From an uncultured virus (IMG/VR IMGVR_UViG_3300037242_000028) (taxonomy: Duplodnaviria > Heunggongvirae > Uroviricota > Caudoviricetes), in the IMG/VR virus record IMGVR_UViG_3300037242_000028: a stretch of 64,000 nucleotides of DNA. One strand, written 5' to 3'. A model generated the notes under the pieces. It ran no database searches, had not been told where the DNA came from, and worked only from the letters and a program-made list of their open reading frames with translations. Both the position numbers and the translations under genes were made by a program. Positions 41,282 through 47,096 of this stretch are shown piece by piece. Numbering within the stretch: position 1 is the stretch's first letter; every line of letters starts with the position of its first letter.

Positions 41282-41404
41282 TTGACACGACCATAGATGC
41301 CGTGCCATAAAACTCAAATGCCTGCCGAGACCCCTCGGGGTTTAATCGCGACGGATAAGGGCATTGAAGGGGGCTCCCGGTCGCTGCGTCGGGGGCCTCT
41401 TTCT
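41282..41404 (+). ncRNA. candidate small RNA with its own promoter and terminator
   Basis: TTGACA-N18-CATAAA, AATGCC/GGCATT stem, GC hairpin plus TTTT. Confidence 0.35.
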
Positions 41405-41409
41405 CATTT

Positions 41410-41484
41410 TGGCGGGAGAGGTAGGGATCGAACCCACGACGCGCGGCTTTGGAGACCGCCGCTCTACCACTGAGCTACACTCCC
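41410..41484 (-). tRNA. tRNA-Trp(CCA)
   Basis: Cloverleaf, CCA end. Confidence 0.9.
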
Positions 41485-41488
41485 GTGT

Positions 41489-41563
41489 TGGTACTACCGT
41501 GCAGAGTCGAACTGCAAAGACGCCGGTTCACAGCCGGGCCGCCTAACCGTCAGCATCGGTAGC
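41489..41563 (-). tRNA. tRNA-His(GUG), G1:U72, A73, no G-1
   Basis: Cloverleaf, CCA end, A at position 8. Confidence 0.85.
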
Positions 41564-41570
41564 GTAAAGT

Positions 41571-41647
41571 TGGTGCCGGTGCGAGGCATCGAACCCCGGA
41601 CCTTCCGCGTATGAAACGGACGCTCTGGCCGACTGAGCTACACCGGC
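41571..41647 (-). tRNA. tRNA-Met(CAU), elongator-like
   Basis: Cloverleaf, CCA end. Confidence 0.85.
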
Positions 41648-41651
41648 AAAT

Positions 41652-41726
41652 TGGCGGGGGCAATAGGGATCGAACCTACGCGTGCGGGAGTCAAAGGCCC
41701 GTGCCTTACCTCTTGGCTATGCCCCT
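41652..41726 (-). tRNA. tRNA-Gln(UUG)
   Basis: Cloverleaf, A1xC72 mismatch. Confidence 0.85.
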
Positions 41727-41731
41727 TTATT

Positions 41732-41806
41732 TGGTGCCTCCGGCCGGTTCCGACCCGGCTTTACCCGCTTGAAAGGCGGGCCTCCTAGCCACTAGAGGAC
41801 GGAGGC
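41732..41806 (-). tRNA. tRNA-Glu(UUC), atypical T-loop GUCGGAA
   Basis: Cloverleaf, CCA end. Confidence 0.8.
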
Positions 41807-41812
41807 GTTGAT

Positions 41813-41886
41813 TGGAGCGGGCACGGAGGATCGAACTCCGATCTTTCGCTTGGAAGGCGTTGGCTCTACCGTTGAGCTATGCCCGC
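41813..41886 (-). tRNA. tRNA-Gly(UCC)
   Basis: Cloverleaf, U73, CCA end. Confidence 0.9.
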
Positions 41887-41929
41887 GTGATATGAAACGT
41901 CGGGTATGATCGTGTTATGCCCGACGAAT

Positions 41930-42017
41930 TGGCGGAGAGTGGAGGGATCGAACCTCCGCATCGCTTGCGCGATGTATAGGGTAGCAGCCTACTGCCTTGC
42001 CGCTCGGCCAACTCTCC
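41930..42017 (-). tRNA. tRNA-Ser(GCU)
   Basis: Long variable arm, G73. Confidence 0.9.
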
Positions 42018-42064
42018 ATGCGCGCTCGCGTATAAAGATCACATATGCGTGGTCGCGTATATTT

Positions 42065-42141
42065 TGGTGCTCCCGGGAGGAGTCGGACCCCCGACGACCC
42101 GGCTTAGAAGTCCGGCGCTCTGTCCGCTGAGCTACGGGAGC
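42065..42141 (-). tRNA. tRNA-Arg(UCU)
   Basis: Cloverleaf, T-loop UCCGACU. Confidence 0.85.
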
Positions 42142-42145
42142 AAAT

Positions 42146-42211
42146 TGGAGACGACGGGGTGAGTCGAACGGGTTTGCAGCCCGCTGCCTGTTACCGTTCG
42201 GCCACGTCGTC
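42146..42211 (-). pseudogene. tRNA-Cys(GCA) with an internal deletion of the variable loop and 5' T-stem
   Basis: 66 nt, U73, GCA anticodon arm joined directly to GTTCGA. Confidence 0.7.
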
Positions 42212-42219
42212 ATAGGAAT

Positions 42220-42293
42220 TGGCTGGCCCTCAAGGACTTGAACCTCGATCAGCGGAGTCAGAGTCCGCCGTCCTACCATTGAACGAAGGGCCA
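42220..42293 (-). tRNA. tRNA-Gln(CUG)
   Basis: U1:A72, CCA end. Confidence 0.9.
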
Positions 42294-42295
42294 AT

Positions 42296-42371
42296 TGGTG
42301 AACCCGAGAGGGGTCGAACCTCTAACCGCCCGGTTCGTAGCCGGGTGCTCTTTCCATTGAGCTACGGGTCC
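42296..42371 (-). tRNA. tRNA-Arg(ACG)
   Basis: Cloverleaf, CCA end. Confidence 0.9.
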
Positions 42372-42373
42372 GT

Positions 42374-42450
42374 TGGCGCGGCGAGGGAGATTTGAACTCC
42401 CGTTACCCGCGTGAGAAGCGGGCTTCCTGACCATGCTAGAAGATCGCCGC
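42374..42450 (-). tRNA. tRNA-Glu(CUC)
   Basis: Cloverleaf, CCA end. Confidence 0.88.
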
Positions 42451-42457
42451 GTGGAAA

Positions 42458-42533
42458 TGGCTGGCAAGGCAGGGATCGAACCTGCGAACCTCCGGTTAAC
42501 AGCCGGGTCGAATTACCACTCTCGCACTTGCCA
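42458..42533 (-). tRNA. tRNA-Asn(GUU)
   Basis: U1:A72, G73, CCA end. Confidence 0.85.
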
Positions 42534-42542
42534 ATAAAAGAT

Positions 42543-42618
42543 TGGTGGACCTGCGGGGACTCGAACCCCGACTGCACGGTATGCAAAACCGGCGTGCTCC
42601 CGTTATCACTACAGGCCC
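42543..42618 (-). tRNA. tRNA-Ala(UGC)
   Basis: G3:U70, CCA end. Confidence 0.9.
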
Positions 42619-42622
42619 GTAT

Positions 42623-42698
42623 TGGTGGCAAGGGGAGGACTTGAACCCCCGACGCCGGGCTTTTCAGACCCGCGCTCTACCATCTGAGCTACCTCGCC
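42623..42698 (-). tRNA. tRNA-Phe(GAA)
   Basis: Cloverleaf, CCA end. Confidence 0.9.
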
Positions 42699-42724
42699 GT
42701 AACCTGAAACCTAAAAACGTCAAA

Positions 42725-42798
42725 TGGCGCGGATGCCGGGAATTGAACCCGGGCCTCATGAGTGGCACTCACGAACTCGACCGTCAAGCTACATCCGC
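42725..42798 (-). tRNA. atypical tRNA-Gly(GCC): G32:C38, G73
   Basis: GCGGAUG acceptor, loop GUGCCAC. Confidence 0.7.
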
Positions 42799-42840
42799 GT
42801 GTGAGTTATAGATTTTCAGCGTTGAGTTATAGGTTTTCAT

Positions 42841-42926
42841 TGGTGGAGAAGGCAGGACTCGAACCTGCGAAGGCGTTAGCCGCCGGATTTACAGTCCGGC
42901 CCCTTTGCCACTCGGGCCACTTCTCC
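42841..42926 (-). tRNA. tRNA-Tyr(GUA)
   Basis: Long variable arm, CCA end. Confidence 0.92.
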
Positions 42927-42931
42927 GTTGT

Positions 42932-43016
42932 TGGTTGCGCGAGCGCGGATTTGCACCGGCGTCGGCAGCTTATGAGGCTGCATAGGGGCTTGGTTACCTA
43001 CTCCTACTATCGCGCA
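42932..43016 (-). tRNA. atypical initiator-like tRNA-Met(CAU) with an enlarged D-arm
   Basis: UGCGCGA acceptor, CUCAUAA loop, T-loop UGCAAAU. Confidence 0.65.
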
Positions 43017-43019
43017 AAG

Positions 43020-43112
43020 TGGAGGAAGGGGAGTGGATTTGAACCCTCGAAACGCTTTCACGTTTACTGGTTTTCGGGACCAGCGCCTTAAGCCTGACTC
43101 GGCCACCCTTCC
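43020..43112 (-). tRNA. tRNA-Ser(CGA), C33
   Basis: Long variable arm, loop CCCGAAA. Confidence 0.85.
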
Positions 43113-43185
43113 GTAATTGCGCAGTTTTGTTTAGGACTTTCGTCGGCGGATGGTCTGCAACACCCGACCGGGACCCCCGGCTATT

Positions 43186-43260
43186 TGGCGTTCCCGGGGT
43201 GAGTTGAACACCCGCCTCCCGCTTCGGAGGCGGGTGATCTATCCATTAAACTACGGGAAC
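43186..43260 (-). tRNA. tRNA-Arg(CCG), A37
   Basis: Cloverleaf, CCA end. Confidence 0.88.
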
Positions 43261-43574
43261 ATAATTCCTATCTTCTCAAGAAAAACAATCTGTCGGTCGT
43301 CCTTCAACAACGTCGGACCTTTGCCGGTCTTGCCATCGAGCGCCTGAAACAGCGCGGTGACGAGGTTGTCAAGATCGGGTCCGGTCGGGTCGACGAACAA
43401 CGCCGACAACGAAATTTGATGCGACATCTGTTCGAGGCCCGCTTCTTGAGCCGCGCGCCAAATCTCGACGCGGTATTGTTCAAGCACCTTGCGGTGGATG
43501 CGCCGATGCGGCGCGCCACGCACATTAGCGGTCAAGAGACGCCGACGATGGTCGTACTGCAACTGCACGCGCAT
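43251..43574 (-). CDS. rusA: RusA-like resolvase-fold protein inserted in the tRNA array
   Basis: PDLDNL...AL...KDDRQIV. GGAG RBS. Stop lies inside the 5' end of tRNA-Arg. Confidence 0.7.
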   Translation of the reverse strand: MRVQLQYDHRRRLLTANVRGAPHRRIHRKVLEQYRVEIWRAAQEAGLEQMSHQISLSALFVDPTGPDLDNLVTALFQALDGKTGKGPTLLKDDRQIVFLEKIGIMFP

Positions 43575-43592
43575 TATCACGCACTCCGTTGT

Positions 43593-43667
43593 TGGTGGTC
43601 CCGGCAGGACTTGAACCCGCAACCCGGCCGTTATGAGCGGCTGGCTCTACCATTGAGCTACGAGACC
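43593..43667 (-). tRNA. tRNA-Ile2(CAU)-like
   Basis: GCCGCUCAUAACGGC anticodon arm typical of lysidine tRNA. Confidence 0.8.
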
Positions 43668-43679
43668 CGCAAGAGGAAT

Positions 43680-43757
43680 TGGTCGGGGCGGCAGGATTTG
43701 AACCTGCGTCCTCCTCGTTCCGAACGAGGCCGTCTGACCGGGCTGGCTTACGCCCCG
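43680..43757 (-). tRNA. tRNA-Pro(CGG), A37
   Basis: C1:G72, A73, CCA end. Confidence 0.9.
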
Positions 43758-43824
43758 AAAGTTATACTCATTTTGCGGATTGAGTATAACCAGAATTGGC
43801 GCGACTGGCGGGTGCTGACCCGAA

Positions 43825-44238
43825 TTACCACTCGTATCCGCCTGCGAACCAACAATCCTTTTTCTGGCCATTCTTTGCTGGCGTCAGGCGCAACGAGATT
43901 TCAGTTTTCCCGCCCCACGTATACGGCGGGAGCCTGTAGACTTTGCCGGTTTGCGGCAAGTAAACCATGACGCAATCAACTTCAAGCGGGCTGTATTTTC
44001 GTTGACCGCCGCGTCTATGGTTCGTTTGAGTTTTTACGCGAACCGATCCGTTACTCGCCGGTTTTCCATCCGCGTATTTTACTTGCACACGCGAGAGCTT
44101 CCCGCCCTCGTCGATGATTAAATCGTACCGATCAAAATCACCGACTGGCCGACTTACAGTGATCCGTTTTTCAAATGCACGGAAGATGACTTTCATCAAG
44201 GCTAACTCGCCTTTGAGACTGGTTTCGGACACTGGCAT
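43825..44238 (-). CDS. free-standing PD-(D/E)XK homing endonuclease (I-Ssp6803I-like)
   Basis: KGELA, P.GD..RYDLIID...RVQVK, Y...EVD, LRL.PAKNGQ. Confidence 0.85.
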   Translation of the reverse strand: MPVSETSLKGELALMKVIFRAFEKRITVSRPVGDFDRYDLIIDEGGKLSRVQVKYADGKPASNGSVRVKTQTNHRRGGQRKYSPLEVDCVMVYLPQTGKVYRLPPYTWGGKTEISLRLTPAKNGQKKDCWFAGGYEW

Positions 44239-44240
44239 TT

Positions 44241-44314
44241 TGGCGCTCCTAGGGAGAATTGAACTCCCGTTCTCCGCTCGACAGGCGGGCATTCTACCAT
44301 TAAATTATAGGAGC
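44241..44314 (-). tRNA. tRNA-Asp(GUC)
   Basis: G73, G37, CCA end. Confidence 0.85.
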
Positions 44315-44340
44315 CTCAAGAGTGAGCTACAGCCGCAATT

Positions 44341-44424
44341 TGGTGCGAACAAGGGGACTCGAACCCCTAACCCTTGCGGGCAACGCTTCTCAGGCGTTTG
44401 CGTAAACCATTCCGCCATGTTCGC
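44341..44424 (-). tRNA. tRNA-Leu(GAG), A37
   Basis: Long variable arm. Confidence 0.9.
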
Positions 44425-44429
44425 ATTGT

Positions 44430-44505
44430 TGGTGGGCACTCGGGGGATCGAACCCCGGACGTTCGGATTAAGAGTCCGACACTCTACCAACTGAGTTAAG
44501 TGCCC
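44430..44505 (-). tRNA. tRNA-Lys(CUU)
   Basis: Cloverleaf, CCA end. Confidence 0.92.
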
Positions 44506-44600
44506 GGGAAGAAGTGCTCCATGATGACGGTCATGGCGCTGAAAGTGTCCTCGACCTTGCGTACCTGCTCCCCGAGACCGGCATCCGGGGGAGGAGGAAA

Positions 44601-44683
44601 TGGTGAACCTGTGTGGTACTGCCCCACTTGCGGACGGGTTAAAAGGCCGTTGCCGAACTTCTCTGGCTTTACGCTACAGGTCC
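44601..44683 (-). tRNA. highly atypical tRNA-Lys(UUU)-like RNA
   Basis: 7-bp acceptor plus ACCA, loop CUUUUAA, T-loop GGCAGUA, irregular D region. Confidence 0.55.
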
Positions 44684-44704
44684 GGCATCGTTTGAGTGGA
44701 TCGC

Positions 44705-44935
44705 TCATTTTGTTTGCTCCGTTGTTTGGTGGACCAGTGAGGAATTGAACCTCCATGCGGGCCCCGTCGAGCCTTCGCCGCGCGCTATTTGATCCAACGC
44801 GCTGTTGATCTGCCCGCATATTTCTTCCGCCGTGGCCCGGCGCGTGCCGGGGGATATGTGGAAGTTGCGGGTGCGCCGGTTCGGGTCATCAAACAAGCGC
44901 GCCATCAGTTTCTCTTGCTCGGGTCCCATGTTCAT
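44705..44935 (-). CDS. small inserted protein
   Basis: AGGAG RBS. Lies between tRNA-Ile and a copy of its 3' end. Confidence 0.6.
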   Translation of the reverse strand: MNMGPEQEKLMARLFDDPNRRTRNFHISPGTRRATAEEICGQINSALDQIARGEGSTGPAWRFNSSLVHQTTEQTK

Positions 44936-44976
44936 TCTCCTGTTGTTGGTGGACCAGTGAGGAATTGAACCTCCAT
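44727..44976. repeat. 30-bp duplication of the tRNA-Ile 3' end (44727-44756 and 44947-44976)
   Basis: TGGTGGACCAGTGAGGAATTGAACCTCCAT occurs twice. Confidence 0.92.
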
Positions 44977-45020
44977 CGAGCGGTTATCAGCCGCTTGCTC
45001 TACCGTTGAGCTACAGGTCC
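44947..45020 (-). tRNA. tRNA-Ile(GAU)
   Basis: Cloverleaf, CCA end. Confidence 0.88.
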
Positions 45021-45025
45021 GTGAT

Positions 45026-45100
45026 TGGTGGGTCGTCGATGAATTGAACATCGGACATCCGCCATGTCAAAGCGGCGCTCTACCACTGAGCTAACGACCC
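45026..45100 (-). tRNA. tRNA-Val(GAC)
   Basis: Cloverleaf, CCA end. Confidence 0.9.
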
Positions 45101-45106
45101 GTAAAA

Positions 45107-45181
45107 TGGTAGGCGCGGGGAATTTTGAAATCCCGACATCCGGTATGTAAAACCGGCGCTCTGCCTCTGAGCTACGCGCCT
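45107..45181 (-). tRNA. tRNA-Val(UAC)
   Basis: Cloverleaf, CCA end. Confidence 0.88.
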
Positions 45182-45262
45182 ATAGGACCACACGACTGCA
45201 CACAAGTGGGTCCCCGTCCGCTCGCCTACCTGTGCCGGTTACGAGCCGCGACGTTTTCGATT

Positions 45263-45340
45263 TGGTGCCCAAGGCAGGACTCGAACCTGCATGTGAGCCG
45301 CTTTTGAGGCGGCGGCCTTTACCAGTTTGGCTACAAGGGC
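45263..45340 (-). tRNA. tRNA-Leu(CAA) with a short variable region
   Basis: 78 nt, two U-U mismatches in the acceptor. Confidence 0.75.
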
Positions 45341-45347
45341 GTTTGTT

Positions 45348-45434
45348 TGGTGCGCGTGGCAGGACTTGAACCCGCACGGGAGTTTACCCCGACGCATTCT
45401 GAGTGCGTTATGTCTACCGTTCCATCACACGCGC
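45348..45434 (-). tRNA. tRNA-Leu(CAG), A37
   Basis: Long variable arm. Confidence 0.9.
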
Positions 45435-45435
45435 G

Positions 45436-45507
45436 TGCCGCTAGGGTGAGTCGAACACCCGACATCTTCCGTACCAAGGAAGCGGTCTACCACTGGCCTA
45501 TAGCGGC
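45436..45507 (-). tRNA. tRNA-Thr(GGU), CCA not encoded
   Basis: Cloverleaf ends 1 nt before tRNA-Leu(CAG). Confidence 0.85.
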
Positions 45508-45512
45508 GTAGT

Positions 45513-45587
45513 TGGTGCTCGGTGGAGGGATCGAACCCCCGCATCCTCGTTACAAATGAGGCGTTCTACCACTGAAACTAACCGAGC
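45513..45587 (-). tRNA. tRNA-Thr(UGU)
   Basis: Cloverleaf, CCA end. Confidence 0.9.
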
Positions 45588-45593
45588 GAAATT

Positions 45594-45669
45594 TGGTGCC
45601 GATGCGAGGGCTTGAACCCCGGGCCTCCTGAGTACGAAACAGGCGCTCTACCATCTGAGCTACATCGGC
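45594..45669 (-). tRNA. tRNA-Thr(CGU)
   Basis: Cloverleaf, CCA end. Confidence 0.9.
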
Positions 45670-46010
45670 AAAAGGGGGACCGTCTGCTACGCATCGCCGA
45701 AGGCGAAGGCAGTGGCGAGTCCCCCGAAGGAGACGTTTCACAATGGCAAACATCCCGACGCGCTCTTGCGAGCGGTCGTCAGGCAGACGGGTTTTCGTGT
45801 GATCGGGTCTCTGCGACCCCCCTGCCTGTGTTCGGCGGAGGGTGAGAAATCCTTCGCCGGTTAGATGGTATCTTTGATGAACACTTTTTCTTGGCACAAT
45901 AAGGTCCACCCGCGCGGATTACTCCGCGTTGTGGCTGGCTTATTATGTGAGCGTCCTAGATACATCGACACGGCACTTCTCCACGCACGCAAAATGCGCG
46001 CGAAGGTGAC

Positions 46011-46039
46011 GACATAGAGGAAGATGGCGGGGATGTCAA
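46011..46039 (-). promoter_or_regulatory. promoter of the tRNA array, TTGACA-N17-TATGTC
   Basis: Consensus -35 with an AT-rich upstream tract. Confidence 0.55.
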
Positions 46040-46052
46040 GCAAGAATTTTTC

Positions 46053-46298
46053 TCAGCGTCCCGTAGAACTCACGATGACGCGGATTGTTTCACACTTTTC
46101 AAGGACATGAGCGTACCAGCGATGATGTCCATCGACGATGAACATCCGGGCGTCAACGGTGATCGGCTCAAGCTCTTTGCCGTTGCGGATTTGGCCGCGA
46201 TAGTATTCCACCCATATCAGCGCAGCGGAGTCGGTCCACAGCCGCGTCGGGTGATATTGCGGCCCGATACGTACGTCGGCGAGCGGCACGGTGCGCAT
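46053..46298 (-). CDS. small ParB/Srx N-terminal-domain protein
   Basis: EPITVD...IVDGHHRW.A. Confidence 0.8.
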   Translation of the reverse strand: MRTVPLADVRIGPQYHPTRLWTDSAALIWVEYYRGQIRNGKELEPITVDARMFIVDGHHRWYAHVLEKCETIRVIVSSTGR

Positions 46299-46882
46299 CA
46301 CATGCCCCGGCGCGGGATGTCGGCGAGGAGCCACAGGAATGTCGGTTCGCCTAGCTGGTCTTTTGTCCAGCCGCTCATTGATCTAACGAACGGCTTAATC
46401 TCCCCCGTGTGCCGGTGCCAGCCACGGATGAAGCCCGGCGCGGCATGCCACGGCTTGTGCCGGGTGATGTGATCGGCATCCACTTCCATCGGGATGCCGC
46501 AGAGGATGATGTGCGTGAAGCCTTGTTCGAGCGCGACCTTCGCCATGAACAGGCCCGACGATCCTTGCCAGTCGCGCGTGTGATTGGTGAAGCCGAGATA
46601 ATCGCGGTGGCACCATATCGAGCCGAACGGCATCGGCAACTTGTTCTTGATGCGCTCGCGCTGCCAGCCGTGCATCTTGTCGGGGTGCAGCGTCCCGGCG
46701 TAATCTACGATGTCGGGGAAAAATGTGAGCGTGTCGTTGCAGACGAATGTCGAGACCGACTTGCTCGCGGACTCGCACAGGGCCCGAGCGGCCCCGTACT
46801 CCGATAGAGGATCGCCACCGCCGCCGACAATGAGAGCTACGTCAGCCCGTGATGCGGAAAGTGATGTGGGGATTGCGGCCAT
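46298..46882 (-). CDS. Maf/MptE/GT29-like Rossmann protein, putative sugar transferase (start uncertain)
   Basis: ALIVGGG, VCND, GSSGLF.AKVA...GF..IILCG.PM. Confidence 0.55.
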   Translation of the reverse strand: MAAIPTSLSASRADVALIVGGGGDPLSEYGAARALCESASKSVSTFVCNDTLTFFPDIVDYAGTLHPDKMHGWQRERIKNKLPMPFGSIWCHRDYLGFTNHTRDWQGSSGLFMAKVALEQGFTHIILCGIPMEVDADHITRHKPWHAAPGFIRGWHRHTGEIKPFVRSMSGWTKDQLGEPTFLWLLADIPRRGM

Positions 46883-47096
46883 AGTAGCACTGCTTCTTCC
46901 GGGCGATACCGGCGACCCATTCAATACGGTTATCAGGCGAGCTAACGTGGCTGTTGAAATAAGATGTCGCGGTGCGCTTTGCATTGTCAATGGAGCCTCC
47001 GATTTGGTCAATCACAAAGAACGTCTCCTCGCCGGGAGTATTGCGCGTGTTCTCCCACCGTCCTTCGATCAGGTAGTAGCCACGGCCTCCGTTCAC
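46842..47096 (-). CDS. hypothetical protein
   Basis: GTGA overlap with the fcl stop, GGGAG RBS. Confidence 0.5.
   Translation of the reverse strand: MNGGRGYYLIEGRWENTRNTPGEETFFVIDQIGGSIDNAKRTATSYFNSHVSSPDNRIEWVAGIARKKQCYYGRNPHITFRITG

Noticed and set aside
43797..44240. Group I intron inside a tRNA
   Set aside because: The ORF fills the interval, leaving no room for an intron core, and the upstream tRNA-Asp is intact.
44601..44683. tmRNA
   Set aside because: It has the alpha-type T-loop but no G3:U70 pair, and it has a real anticodon arm.
45182..45262. Extra degenerate tRNA-Thr(CGU)
   Set aside because: Only a 3-bp stem around CUCGUAA, with no acceptor or T-arm.
41410..45669. Suppressor tRNAs or stop-codon recoding
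   Set aside because: No CUA, UUA or UCA anticodon seen, and genes are intact in the standard code.
41364..45909. Many 60-180 aa ORFs across the tRNA array
   Set aside because: They translate tRNA genes. Only the RusA-like, PD-(D/E)XK and 44705-44935 ORFs were kept as features.
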